Source: Spirochaetota bacterium (lineage in GTDB: Bacteria > Spirochaetota > UBA4802 > UBA5550). From it: DNA of 64,000 nucleotides. Below the pieces are notes generated by a model. It did no database searches, was not told the origin of the DNA, and was given only the letters and a program-made list of their open reading frames with translations. How positions within the stretch are numbered: position 1 is the stretch's first letter; each line of letters begins with the position of its first letter. The translations under genes were made by a program, and so were the position numbers. Positions 17,408 through 26,775 of the stretch are shown piece by piece. The stretch covers positions 2,297 through 66,296 of the forward strand of contig JBGTBN010000071.1 in assembly GCA_041749375.1 (NCBI GenBank). Reading direction: 5' to 3'.

Positions 17408-18934
17408 GTGAAGCGTGAAATGAGAGTCTCGGAACAGAGAATATTCTTGTTCTCTGTTTTTTTTCTATCCATGTGCGGAATCATATACGAGCTGGTATTG
17501 GGGTCGCTGGCGACATACCTGCTGGGGAATCCCGTGCAGCAATATTCCATAACGATCGGATTTTTTTTGAGCTCAATGGGCATCGGCTCTTACCTGTCGC
17601 GCTTTCTCACGAAGAACATACTCAGGAATTTTATCGCCATAGAGGCGTCACTCGGCTTCGTCGGCGGGGTCTCGGTCATTGTCCTGAGCTATCTCTTCTC
17701 ATTTTCTTCCACCTATTACATGCTCCATGTATTCTTCCTGGTAATAATCGGGACGCTCGTGGGCCTGGAGATACCGCTGGTGACGCGAGTATTAAAGAGA
17801 TACGGCGCGCTCAAGGACATCCTCTCCAACGTGCTTACGCTTGATTTCATTGGCGGTCTGGCCGGCTCCCTCCTGTTCCCGCTCGTTTTATTCCCGATCC
17901 TGGGCCGCATGCTTACCAGCATCCTGGTTGGAGTGGTCAACATCTGCGTGGCCATGCTGATCATCGTACGGCTTGACTATGACGGGAAACGGAAGACCGA
18001 CCTTGTCGGGCCGGCAGTACTCCTGCTGTTCCTGGCGCTGTTCACCGGCGCTTCGGGCCAGATCGACAACGTGCTGCAGAAGCGCCTGTATTACGACGAC
18101 ATTGTCTTCACCCGGAGGTCGCATTTCCAGGAGATCGTGCTGACCAGGAATGATAATGATTTCCGGCTCTACCTGGACGGATCGCTCCAGTTCTCATCCA
18201 TCGATGAATACCGTTACCACGAGATGCTCGCGTTTCCGCCGCTCCTGCTGTCGCCAGGAATCCGGAAGAATGTGCTCGTGCTGGGTGGCGGGGACGGCCT
18301 CGCGGTGCGCGAGCTGCTCAAATACCCGGGCGTTGCGATCACCCTGGTCGAGCTCGACCCGGCGATGATCGATCTCGCGCGGCACGATTCATCCCTGAAG
18401 ATGCTGAACGGCGATTCCCTGAGCGATCCGCGCGTCAGGATTGTTGTCGGCGACGCGTATGCCTTTTTATTGAAGTGCACGGAGAAGTATGAAGCGATCA
18501 TCGCCGATTTTCCCGATCCCCACGATGAGACGATCTCGAAGCTTTACACGGTCGAGTTCTTCGGAATCGCCCGAAACGCCCTGGCACGGGGCGGCGTCTT
18601 CGTCACGCAGTCAACGTCGCCCTTTTTCGCCCGCGATGCCTTCTGGTGCATAAACGGCACGATGAAGAAAGCGTTCCGCTTCGTGGTCCCCTACCACGTG
18701 TACGTGCCGTCATTCGGCGACTGGGGCTTCAATATGGCCTTTGACGAGCCGCGCGATGTCGCCATGATCCCGGACGCGCTGCCCGGCTTCAGGTACTATT
18801 CACGCGCCGCCTTCTCACAGGCCATGCACTTCCCGGCGGATTCATCCGTCGTGGAAACAGAGGTGAACACGTTTAACAGGCCGGTCCTGTATACCTACTA
18901 CCTGAAGGGCTGGAAGTACTATACCGACATGTAA
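17408..18934 (+). CDS. speE: Membrane-anchored polyamine aminopropyltransferase (spermidine synthase-like)
   Basis: About 7 N-terminal TMs (YEL..G, GLEIPL), LYLDG.LQF, YHEML, LGGGDG, VELDP, DFPDP, VPSFGDWGF. Confidence 0.9.
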   Translation: MKREMRVSEQRIFLFSVFFLSMCGIIYELVLGSLATYLLGNPVQQYSITIGFFLSSMGIGSYLSRFLTKNILRNFIAIEASLGFVGGVSVIVLSYLFSFSSTYYMLHVFFLVIIGTLVGLEIPLVTRVLKRYGALKDILSNVLTLDFIGGLAGSLLFPLVLFPILGRMLTSILVGVVNICVAMLIIVRLDYDGKRKTDLVGPAVLLLFLALFTGASGQIDNVLQKRLYYDDIVFTRRSHFQEIVLTRNDNDFRLYLDGSLQFSSIDEYRYHEMLAFPPLLLSPGIRKNVLVLGGGDGLAVRELLKYPGVAITLVELDPAMIDLARHDSSLKMLNGDSLSDPRVRIVVGDAYAFLLKCTEKYEAIIADFPDPHDETISKLYTVEFFGIARNALARGGVFVTQSTSPFFARDAFWCINGTMKKAFRFVVPYHVYVPSFGDWGFNMAFDEPRDVAMIPDALPGFRYYSRAAFSQAMHFPADSSVVETEVNTFNRPVLYTYYLKGWKYYTDM

Positions 18935-18958
18935 CGCGGAGATAACAACAAGAGCAAC

Positions 18959-19876
18959 ATGAAGAAAATAAAGGAATTCGATTACGACCTCAAGCAGCTT
19001 CGGTCCTTTCTCGAGGTGCTGAACGAAAACAGCTTCACCCGGGCGTCCAGGAAGCTCCGCGTGGGACAGGCCACGGTCAGCCATCATATCGGGCAGCTTG
19101 AAAAAATCCTCGGCGTTACGCTGATCAACCGCACGGCGCACGAGATCGCCGTAACCGAAGAGGGGAAGATCTTCAGGGTCTACTGTGAAAAGGTATTCAA
19201 GGACATCGAAGCCCTCCAGGCCGAGATGGCCGCGGGCGAGCCCGCCGGCGTCACCACGATCGCGGCGAGCACCATCCCCTCCGCCTATTTGCTGCCAGGG
19301 GTCCTGGCCGCTGCGAAGAAAAAGTTTCCCGGCATCACGTACCGCCTGTCCGTCGCGGACAGCCGTGAGGCCGTGGAGATGGTGAAAGACGGCGGCGCGG
19401 ATGCCGGCATCGTCGGGACCGAATACCGGCACCCGTCGCTCGTATTCACGTCCGTGTGCAATGATGAGATCGTACTGATCGCCCCGCGTGGATTTCCAGC
19501 CCGGGCGAAGGTCCGGGACCTTGCGTCAATGCCCTTCATCATCCGCGAGCAGGGGTCCGGTACCAGGAGGGCGTGCGAAGAGGCGCTGGCGGGTCATGGC
19601 ATCCAGCCGTCGGCTCTCCAGGCGGTCATGGAATGCTCGACGACCGAGGCGATCAAGGAGTCGGTCGCAGCGGGTCTGGGCGTCTCGTTCGTTTCACGGC
19701 TCGCCATAGCGCGTGAGATTAAAGCGCGTGCTTTCCACGTGATAGACATTGACGGGCTGACTGTTAAACGGTCGTTTTTTTTCGTACATTCCGGCGTCCG
19801 GCGCATTCAGCGGCCGTCCACGCTTCTTCTTGAGTTGCTTGTTGAGTGGTATTCTGCGGGCGGGTCAAAGAACTGA
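18959..19876 (+). CDS. LysR family regulator (CysL-like/selenium-associated subtype)
   Basis: SFTRAS..L..Q..VS.HI..LE HTH; ASTIP..Y.LP, REQGSGTR, EAIKESV.AGLG. Confidence 0.88.
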   Translation: MKKIKEFDYDLKQLRSFLEVLNENSFTRASRKLRVGQATVSHHIGQLEKILGVTLINRTAHEIAVTEEGKIFRVYCEKVFKDIEALQAEMAAGEPAGVTTIAASTIPSAYLLPGVLAAAKKKFPGITYRLSVADSREAVEMVKDGGADAGIVGTEYRHPSLVFTSVCNDEIVLIAPRGFPARAKVRDLASMPFIIREQGSGTRRACEEALAGHGIQPSALQAVMECSTTEAIKESVAAGLGVSFVSRLAIAREIKARAFHVIDIDGLTVKRSFFFVHSGVRRIQRPSTLLLELLVEWYSAGGSKN

Positions 19877-19883
19877 CAAGCTG

Positions 19884-19906
19884 CCCGGCCGGAGGGACCG
19901 GCCGGG
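19884..19906. terminator. GC-rich hairpin between convergent lysR and rpmB
   Basis: CCCGGCCGG-AGGGA-CCGGCCGGG. Confidence 0.55.
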
Positions 19907-19917
19907 AGTTAACGGTG

Positions 19918-20106
19918 TCAGATGGCCTTCTGCACCTTGCCGGAACGGATGCACCGGGTGCAGACGTATTTCCGGGTAGCGCGATTGTCCTCAAGCACCT
20001 TTATCCTCTTGACATTGGGCCGCCATACCTTCTTGGTTTTCTTGTTCGAGTGGCTGACGTTATTCCCGACCTGTATTGATTTTCCGCAAACTTCACATTT
20101 AGCCAT
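19918..20106 (-). CDS. rpmB: 50S ribosomal protein L28 (Zn-ribbon form)
   Basis: MAKCEVCGK..GNNVSHS..K..WRPN..VCTRCIR. Confidence 0.96.
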   Translation of the reverse strand: MAKCEVCGKSIQVGNNVSHSNKKTKKVWRPNVKRIKVLEDNRATRKYVCTRCIRSGKVQKAI

Positions 20107-20255
20107 GGTTGTTTCCTTCAAAAATTGTTAATAATGGGTGATGACCCGGCCGGCAAAGATCCCCGGCGCTCATATCCAATATGGCTTGACACTATTAATA
20201 GTATGCTGTTTTTTTTCAAGCATTTTATTGGCGATTTTGATTAAATACCTTATAC

Positions 20256-20285
20256 GATAGCCCTGCAAACGCTTGCTGGCCTATC
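20256..20285. repeat. Degenerate copy of the 15305 palindrome
   Basis: GATAGCCCTGCAAACGCTTGCTGGCCTATC, 24/30 identical to 15307-15336. Confidence 0.6.
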
Positions 20286-20384
20286 GCGTTTGCGGGTCCA
20301 TCGGGAGGGTGTGTAATTTCTCTTGACGTAACATTAGTGCTGTATGAAACAAATATATATTGCGTGATGGAAGAGGCAGGTGCG

Positions 20385-20579
20385 ATGAAAATTACCAAAG
20401 CCACGAAGGCGCTTGATGCGCTGAAAATGTCTAACGAGATAATGAAAATATTTAAAAAGCGCGGTCTCTATTGCCCCCGGTGCAAGGGGATCGGTGAAGA
20501 CACGATCGAGAGAATAGCGTTCTGCAACGGCATCGATGTGAAGGAATTTCTGAACGAGCTGAACGACGCGCTGGAGTGA
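20385..20579 (+). CDS. DUF1858-like small CxxC protein
   Basis: IF...GL.CxxC...DTIE..A..NGID...L.ELN. Confidence 0.7.
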   Translation: MKITKATKALDALKMSNEIMKIFKKRGLYCPRCKGIGEDTIERIAFCNGIDVKEFLNELNDALE

Positions 20580-20580
20580 C

Positions 20581-21156
20581 ATGGAGGGGATACGGATCAT
20601 TGCCGGCAGCCTGAGGGGAAGGGTGATCCCCTTCTCGAACCGGCGCTACGATGACGCGGACATCACGCCGCAAAAAGTCAAGGGGGCGATTTTCTCCATG
20701 ATCGGCGAGTGGCTCCCGGGGAGGAGCTTTCTCGACCTCTATGCCGGGTCCGGGCAGATCGGGCTCGAGGCCCTGAGCAGGGGTGCGACGCCAGTCGTGC
20801 TCAACGAGATGGACGCTGCGCGCTACCGCTTCATACGGAAATGCGTCGAGGAGTTCGGTCCCCTTCCATCCGCAACAATTCTCAACCTCCCGGCCTCCCG
20901 CGCGCTCGAGCTGTTGCACGAAAGGGAGAGCCGCTTCGATTACATCTTTCTCGACCCCCCGTACCGGAAGTCGAAAGATGCGGATGACCCGTACCGCGAC
21001 ATCGTGGGAAAAGCAGGAGCCCTCGATCTCCTGGTCCCGGGCGGTGAGATTTTAGTACAGCATTATTCCGAGAACGCGCCCGATGAAACTATCGGCCCCT
21101 TCCGGGCGCAGGCGGTGAAACGATACGGGAAGACGAGCCTTACCGTGTACTCGTGA
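20581..21156 (+). CDS. rsmD: 16S rRNA m2G966 methyltransferase
   Basis: RIIAG..RGR, LDLYAGSG..GLEALSRGA, FLDPPY, YG. Confidence 0.9.
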   Translation: MEGIRIIAGSLRGRVIPFSNRRYDDADITPQKVKGAIFSMIGEWLPGRSFLDLYAGSGQIGLEALSRGATPVVLNEMDAARYRFIRKCVEEFGPLPSATILNLPASRALELLHERESRFDYIFLDPPYRKSKDADDPYRDIVGKAGALDLLVPGGEILVQHYSENAPDETIGPFRAQAVKRYGKTSLTVYS

Positions 21157-21361
21157 TACGGGACTATTCCTCACGCCATGCCGCAGGCACGCATGTGGAG
21201 CGGGTCCCGAGATTGTAACGGCAAGGTAAAAAACCGGCGATTTTCCTCATGGCCGCCTGTTCCGGCTGTATATTTCTTGACGTATCAGGCAGATGGCGGC
21301 AGGTATCATCATAACGGCCCGGCCGGGGCTTCAGCCCGGGGGCACGAACAGGAGACGCGCC

Positions 21362-23068
21362 ATGGAAAGCACCGAGAAAACCGCCACCACGAATTTTATC
21401 AAGGACATCATTGAAGTTGACAGAGCGGCCAATAAAAACAACGGGCAGGTGGTGACCCGCTTCCCGCCGGAGCCGAACGGCTATCTCCACATCGGCCACG
21501 CGAAATCGATATGCCTCAACTTCGGGCTGGCGAAGCAGTTCGGCGGGCGCTGCCACCTCCGGATGGACGACACCAACCCGGAAAAGGAAACCGTCGAGTA
21601 CACGGACTCGATCATCGGTGATGTGAGGTGGCTCGGCTTCGACTGGGGCGAACACCTCTACTACGCATCGGATTACTTCGACCAGATTTACGAGTGGGCC
21701 GTTCTTCTCATAAAGAAGGGACTGGCGTACGTGTGCGACATGACGCCGGAGGAGGTCTCGGCGACACGCGGCGCGCCGACCGTTTCGGGCACGGAGAGCC
21801 CGGGCCGTTCCCGCAGCGTCGAGGAGAACCTTGACCTGTTCGCGCGCATGAAGGCGGGAGAGTTCCCCGACGGGAGCAAGACGCTCCGGGCGCGGATCAA
21901 CATGGCATCACCGAACATGAACATGCGCGACCCGGTCCTGTACCGGATCAAGCGCGCGGAGCACCACCGGACCGGGAACAAGTGGTGCATCTATCCCATG
22001 TACGACTTCGCCCACGGCCAGTCCGACTACATTGAGGGCATCACTTACTCGATATGCACGCTCGAGTTCGAGATACACCGCCCCCTGTACGACTGGTTCC
22101 TCGACCATATCGCGGAGCCGGGAAGGGTCCGGCCGCGCCAGATAGAGTTCGCGCGCCTCTCGCTGAGCTACACGGTCATGAGCAAGAGAAAGCTCCTCGA
22201 GCTGGTCACCGGGGAATACGTACGCGGGTGGAACGACCCGCGGATGCCCACTATCTCGGGACTGCGCAGGCGCGGCTATACGCCGGAATCGCTGCGTGAT
22301 TTCGCCGATCGGATCGGCGTGGCCAAGGCGGACAACGTGGTGGACGTCGCGCTCCTGGAACACTGCCTCAGGGAGGACCTTAACCGGCGCGCCCCGCGCT
22401 TCATGGCAGTGCTCAACCCCCTCAAGCTCGTCATCGAGAATTACCCGGAAGGAAAAACGGAAGAATTTGAAGCGGTGAACAACCCCGAGGACGAAAGCAT
22501 GGGGAAGCGCTCCATTCCGTTCTCCCGCATTATTTACATAGAAAAAGACGATTTCCGCGAGGTGCCGCCGCCCAAGTACTTCAGGCTCACGCCGGGCAAG
22601 GAGGTGCGCCTCAAGTTCGCCTATTATGTGACCTGTACCGGCGTTGTAAAGAACGCCGCGGGCGAAGTCACGGAAGTGCGCTGCACCTACGACCCGGAAA
22701 CGCGCGGCGGCTGGTCCAGGGACGGCCGGAAGGTCAAGGGAACCATCCACTGGGTATCGGAGGAGAACGCGGCCCGGGCCGAGGTGCGCCTCTACGAGCA
22801 CCTGTTCACCGTTGCGGAGCCCGAGGGATCGAAGGAAGTGGCGGACTACAAGGACTACATCAACCCGGATTCGCTTAAGACGCTCGAGGGCTGCCTGGTG
22901 GAGCCGGCGCTGAAAGGAATGAAGCCGGGCGACCGTTGCCAGTTCGAAAGGACCGGCTATTTCTGCGCGGACATTGACTCGACCCCGGATAAACCGGTCT
23001 TTAACCGCACCGTGACGCTCAGGGACACCTGGGCCAGGATCGAGAAGGGCTCACGCGAAGGGGATTGA
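21362..23068 (+). CDS. glnS: Glutamine--tRNA ligase
   Basis: [46 protein letters not shown]. Confidence 0.97.
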   Translation: MESTEKTATTNFIKDIIEVDRAANKNNGQVVTRFPPEPNGYLHIGHAKSICLNFGLAKQFGGRCHLRMDDTNPEKETVEYTDSIIGDVRWLGFDWGEHLYYASDYFDQIYEWAVLLIKKGLAYVCDMTPEEVSATRGAPTVSGTESPGRSRSVEENLDLFARMKAGEFPDGSKTLRARINMASPNMNMRDPVLYRIKRAEHHRTGNKWCIYPMYDFAHGQSDYIEGITYSICTLEFEIHRPLYDWFLDHIAEPGRVRPRQIEFARLSLSYTVMSKRKLLELVTGEYVRGWNDPRMPTISGLRRRGYTPESLRDFADRIGVAKADNVVDVALLEHCLREDLNRRAPRFMAVLNPLKLVIENYPEGKTEEFEAVNNPEDESMGKRSIPFSRIIYIEKDDFREVPPPKYFRLTPGKEVRLKFAYYVTCTGVVKNAAGEVTEVRCTYDPETRGGWSRDGRKVKGTIHWVSEENAARAEVRLYEHLFTVAEPEGSKEVADYKDYINPDSLKTLEGCLVEPALKGMKPGDRCQFERTGYFCADIDSTPDKPVFNRTVTLRDTWARIEKGSREGD

Positions 23069-23077
23069 CCTGGTAGT

Positions 23078-23881
23078 CTACTCGCCGAGGTACGCGACCG
23101 AAAGGTCCTGGATCGCGGTAACGGCGCGGAGGTAGGAGAGGGGCGTCTCGCTTTTCAGGCTGTGACCCGCAAAGGCGACATAGCGGTTAAAACGCCCTGG
23201 TCCCGGATTTGCGGCGTCAACCAGGCGCCACCGGTCCCTGTAAAAAGCCTCCACCCACATGTGATACACGAACACGTCCCGTTTACCCTGGAACGATGCG
23301 GCCAGATACATGCCCACGACCGCCCGGGCAGGAACCCCCTGCTTTCGCAGCAGCGCGACCGCGAGCACACTGTGCTCCGTGCAGTCGCCGCGTTTCATGC
23401 GGTAGACCTGGTCGGCCGGAATGATCGGTATGCCGAGTTCTTTGCCCGTGATGTGCCGGGCAACGAAGTCCTCTGTGGCCCGGAGCGGGTCGGCGGAGCC
23501 CTTCAGGCGCGCGGCTGCGCCGGTGATCTCGGGCGAAGAAAGATTCAGGAACCTGGTATCGACGAGATAAGCGGACAGGTCTTTGCCCGGAAGTGATATC
23601 GCCTGTTCCCTTCCGGTCAGTATCTCGATCGACCGTTTACCGTCAACCAGCGAGCTTGCGGTTATCGCCTGGTAGCCGGTGCTGATGATGGTAAAATCCG
23701 GATCTGAGGAGGTAAGGCGGAACCGGGAAGTCTGCTCCGAGTAGATTTTCGTGTCAAAATGCGCGATCTGTATCGTGTAGTTGAACGCGTCCGCCGGGTA
23801 CACCGACGTGGAGAGCGTGACCAGGAGAGCGGCGATCGCCAGGTGCCGGAGAAGTCCTGCCCGGGAGCCGGTACCGCTCAT
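23078..23881 (-). CDS. Secreted transglutaminase-like domain protein
   Basis: GDCTEHS, G.PAR...G, YHMWVE, W...DA catalytic triad; signal peptide. Confidence 0.88.
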   Translation of the reverse strand: MSGTGSRAGLLRHLAIAALLVTLSTSVYPADAFNYTIQIAHFDTKIYSEQTSRFRLTSSDPDFTIISTGYQAITASSLVDGKRSIEILTGREQAISLPGKDLSAYLVDTRFLNLSSPEITGAAARLKGSADPLRATEDFVARHITGKELGIPIIPADQVYRMKRGDCTEHSVLAVALLRKQGVPARAVVGMYLAASFQGKRDVFVYHMWVEAFYRDRWRLVDAANPGPGRFNRYVAFAGHSLKSETPLSYLRAVTAIQDLSVAYLGE

Positions 23882-24564
23882 TTCAGGACAAGCTCCAGCT
23901 TGTTGTTCAGCATGACGATAGTCGTTTTATGCGTTACGCCTTCTGCATCCATGTACATGTCGATGTTCTTCATGTTCTCGATGGAGAACCCGAGGTGGAT
24001 GAGGCTTCTTTTCTTTCCATTGACGGAAACAGTCTCGCGCCCGAACACCTTTACCATGACCAGCATCGGCTCCTCGACGTCGACCGAGGGCTCGTACACG
24101 TAGTTTTTCAGGATGGTCCCTTCCTTGAACTTGTGCTTGATGAGCTCCTGCATGAAGTAGTTTCCTTCAAGGATGAAAGGCCTGTCGATGGTTATGGTCG
24201 ATAGTGTTGCAGCCGTGTTAAGGTCCACCCTGTTGCCGCTGAATTTCGCGATGGTGACCATCTCGCTCTTCTGACCGTTCTGCTCGGTCATGTTGTACAC
24301 CTCGAGCCTGACCGGTTTAAAGTCCAGGGTTTCAGTTATGATCTGCTTCGTGCTGTTGCGGACGTACCCGGCGTCCATCTCCATCACGGTGGTTGAGACG
24401 TACGTGCCGTCTTTTATCTCGTTGCTGATGACGGCGCTCCCGATGTCCGCGCCGTTGACCAGGAGACGGTAGTTCCAGGTCCCCGTGGGAACCGATTCGA
24501 TCCCTTTGCGGCATGACGCCAGGGGTACAATCAGTACCAGGAGAATCAGTGCTAGTTTTTTCAC
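23878..24564 (-). CDS. Beta-rich lipoprotein coupled to the transglutaminase gene
   Basis: GTG start, KKLALILLVLIVPLASC lipobox; 4-bp overlap with the downstream gene. Confidence 0.7.
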   Translation of the reverse strand: MKKLALILLVLIVPLASCRKGIESVPTGTWNYRLLVNGADIGSAVISNEIKDGTYVSTTVMEMDAGYVRNSTKQIITETLDFKPVRLEVYNMTEQNGQKSEMVTIAKFSGNRVDLNTAATLSTITIDRPFILEGNYFMQELIKHKFKEGTILKNYVYEPSVDVEEPMLVMVKVFGRETVSVNGKKRSLIHLGFSIENMKNIDMYMDAEGVTHKTTIVMLNNKLELVLK

Positions 24565-24616
24565 GAGTGTACCTCTTTCGTTTCGTTGTGATGTATCGTG
24601 AATTGCCGGCGCCCGT

Positions 24617-26059
24617 TCATGAGCAGTAACGGGTGAAGCAGTACTCTGTTCTTTTTTTGCATTTGTCATACCCGATGACCGGCATCGACTGGTCGAGTTC
24701 GGGGCCCTTTTGCCTGCCGGTGATCATCGCCCTGAGGGGCATGAAAAGGCTCTTCCCCTTGAGGGAGGTGGTTTCCTTTACTCGGTTCACGAGCAGCGAG
24801 GCGAAATTATCGGGCGTCAGCTCGGAGACGAACAGGTCACGGGCCGCACCGATGACTTTTCGCGCGTCATCGGTTTTAAGCATCGCGTCCGCGTCCGCGT
24901 CAGGCTCGCACACCTCGTCGAGGAATATGCCGGCGAAATGGCCGATGTCCGAGAGGATGTCGCAGTATTTCCTGAGTATCGCGATGATGTCCTCGAGGTG
25001 CTTCCGGTCTATCTCGTCGACCGCGAACCCTGCCTCTCCCATGTGGGGAAGGAAGAGATCGGTTATCCTGTCAAGGGTGATTTCGCGGAGATACTGGCCG
25101 TTCATCCAGCGGAGCTTCTGGAAATCAAATATCGGAGCGTTTTTCGAGAGCTTCGCCAGGTCCATCTGTCTGATTATCTCGGCAAGCGGCAGGATCTCCT
25201 CGCCGCCCTCCGACGCCCAGCCGAGCATGGACATGTAATTCATGAGCGCTTCCGGGAGATATCCCTGGCTTCGGTACATCTCGACCGAGGTGATCCCGTG
25301 ACGCTTGGAGAGCTTCGAGCGGTCCGGTCCCATGATCAGCGGGAGATGGGCGTATTCCGGTTCGGGCAGGCCCAGGGCACGCGCCACGAGCAGCTGCTTC
25401 GGCGTGTTGGACAGGTGGTCGTCTCCCCTGATGACAAGGCTGACGTTCATCAGGGCATCATCGATAATGACGATGTAGTTGAACACCGGCACGCCGTCCG
25501 ACCGTATGATGATGAAATCGCCGCCGATGTTGCTGCTGTTGAACTCGACCGGCCCCTTGATGCGGTCCTGTACCACGATGGAGACATTGTCCGGGACCTT
25601 GAAGCGAATCGTCGGCTTACGGCCATCGGCCTCGAGCGTTGTGCGCTCCCGCGCGTTCAGGTTGCGGCACTTGCCGTTATACACGAAAGCGTCCGGGTTC
25701 GTACCGGCGTCCTTTTTCGTGGCTTCAAGCTCTTCCCTGGTGCAGTAGCAGTAGTAGGCGCTTCCGTCCGCAAGCAGCTTTTCGGTGTAGGTGCGGTAGA
25801 TGTCGAACCGCTCGGACTGGCGGTAGGGACCGGCCGGGCCGCCAACGTCCGGGCCCTCGTCCCAGGATATGCCCAGCCATGAAAGGTCCCGGTAGATGGA
25901 CTGCTCCGATTCCCTGGTGCTCCGCTCCATGTCCGTGTCCTCAATGCGGAGCAGCATGGTGGCGTTGTTCTTCCGTGCGAAGAGGAAGTTGATGATGGCT
26001 GTCCGCGCGTTGCCCACGTGCAGGAATCCGGTCGGGCTCGGGGCGAATCGTACTCTCAT
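24617..26059 (-). CDS. gltX: Glutamate--tRNA ligase
   Basis: RFAPSPTGFLHVGN, LRIEDTD, YRQSER, IRGDDH, KLSKR. Confidence 0.97.
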   Translation of the reverse strand: MRVRFAPSPTGFLHVGNARTAIINFLFARKNNATMLLRIEDTDMERSTRESEQSIYRDLSWLGISWDEGPDVGGPAGPYRQSERFDIYRTYTEKLLADGSAYYCYCTREELEATKKDAGTNPDAFVYNGKCRNLNARERTTLEADGRKPTIRFKVPDNVSIVVQDRIKGPVEFNSSNIGGDFIIIRSDGVPVFNYIVIIDDALMNVSLVIRGDDHLSNTPKQLLVARALGLPEPEYAHLPLIMGPDRSKLSKRHGITSVEMYRSQGYLPEALMNYMSMLGWASEGGEEILPLAEIIRQMDLAKLSKNAPIFDFQKLRWMNGQYLREITLDRITDLFLPHMGEAGFAVDEIDRKHLEDIIAILRKYCDILSDIGHFAGIFLDEVCEPDADADAMLKTDDARKVIGAARDLFVSELTPDNFASLLVNRVKETTSLKGKSLFMPLRAMITGRQKGPELDQSMPVIGYDKCKKRTEYCFTRYCS

Positions 26060-26215
26060 GTTTTTCTCCTTACATCATGGCTTTCGGTAACGTTACGGCG
26101 CGGATGTTCCATGTCAATAAAAAAGCGGATTTACGCGTTGCACAGGAGGCGCCGGAGGGCCGGACGGAGAAGGGTGCCGGAGAAAAACCCGGAAAGGGGG
26201 CGATGCCGGCGGTTG

Positions 26216-26458
26216 TCAGTAATCGTACAGGTTTGAGGACGGCGTGCCGGTAACGATTTCCTTTGTTTCCCTCTCGATGCGGTTAACCAGCTGCTGAATC
26301 TTGTCGCTGGTATCCTCGGCGGTAAGGATCTTGTCGCACCGCGTGCATTTGAAGGCGGGTATGTTTTCCAGGATCAGGGAGAAATTTTTTTTGCTGACGC
26401 GATACGTTGTTTTGCCGTCAATCAATGCGCCGCCGCAACTGCATTCCATGATGATCAC
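26216..26458 (-). CDS. YgiT-type zinc finger protein
   Basis: CxC.G..GKT...ILENIPA.KCxxC; start may be ATG 26449. Confidence 0.75.
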   Translation of the reverse strand: MIIMECSCGGALIDGKTTYRVSKKNFSLILENIPAFKCTRCDKILTAEDTSDKIQQLVNRIERETKEIVTGTPSSNLYDY

Positions 26459-26633
26459 CCCGCTTCAGAATTTTCCAATCAGGAGAGCCCTGTTTTTATG
26501 GATATAATAACCCGATGTCAAGATATAATTTGTTGACAAAAGTCTCTTATAATTGAAAAACTCATACACAAGAGTTTTCCAGGGGCGGTTTTGCCGAATA
26601 AATCCGCAAAACCTTGCATTTTCCCCGGCACCA

Positions 26634-26665
26634 GCCTGGAAAAATGGCGATACATCCATGTATCG
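26634..26665 (-). repeat. Dispersed 32-bp repeat copy B (CsrA-like hairpin on minus strand)
   Basis: GCCTGGAAAAATGGCGATACATCCATGTATCG, matches 7111-7142. Confidence 0.8.
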
Positions 26666-26775
26666 CATCAGGGAGTTGCAGATATGCAGCTAACTCCTGA
26701 TTTGTTTGGGCGAGAATTGTCTTTAACCGCAACTCGTGATATCTTTAAATCAGGCTATCCCACGAGGATAAGAAC

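Noticed and set aside
24710-25882. Long antisense ORFs (this one, also 13563-15350, 43721-44710, 47213-48307)
   Set aside because: Shadows of well-supported genes caused by GC-rich codon bias
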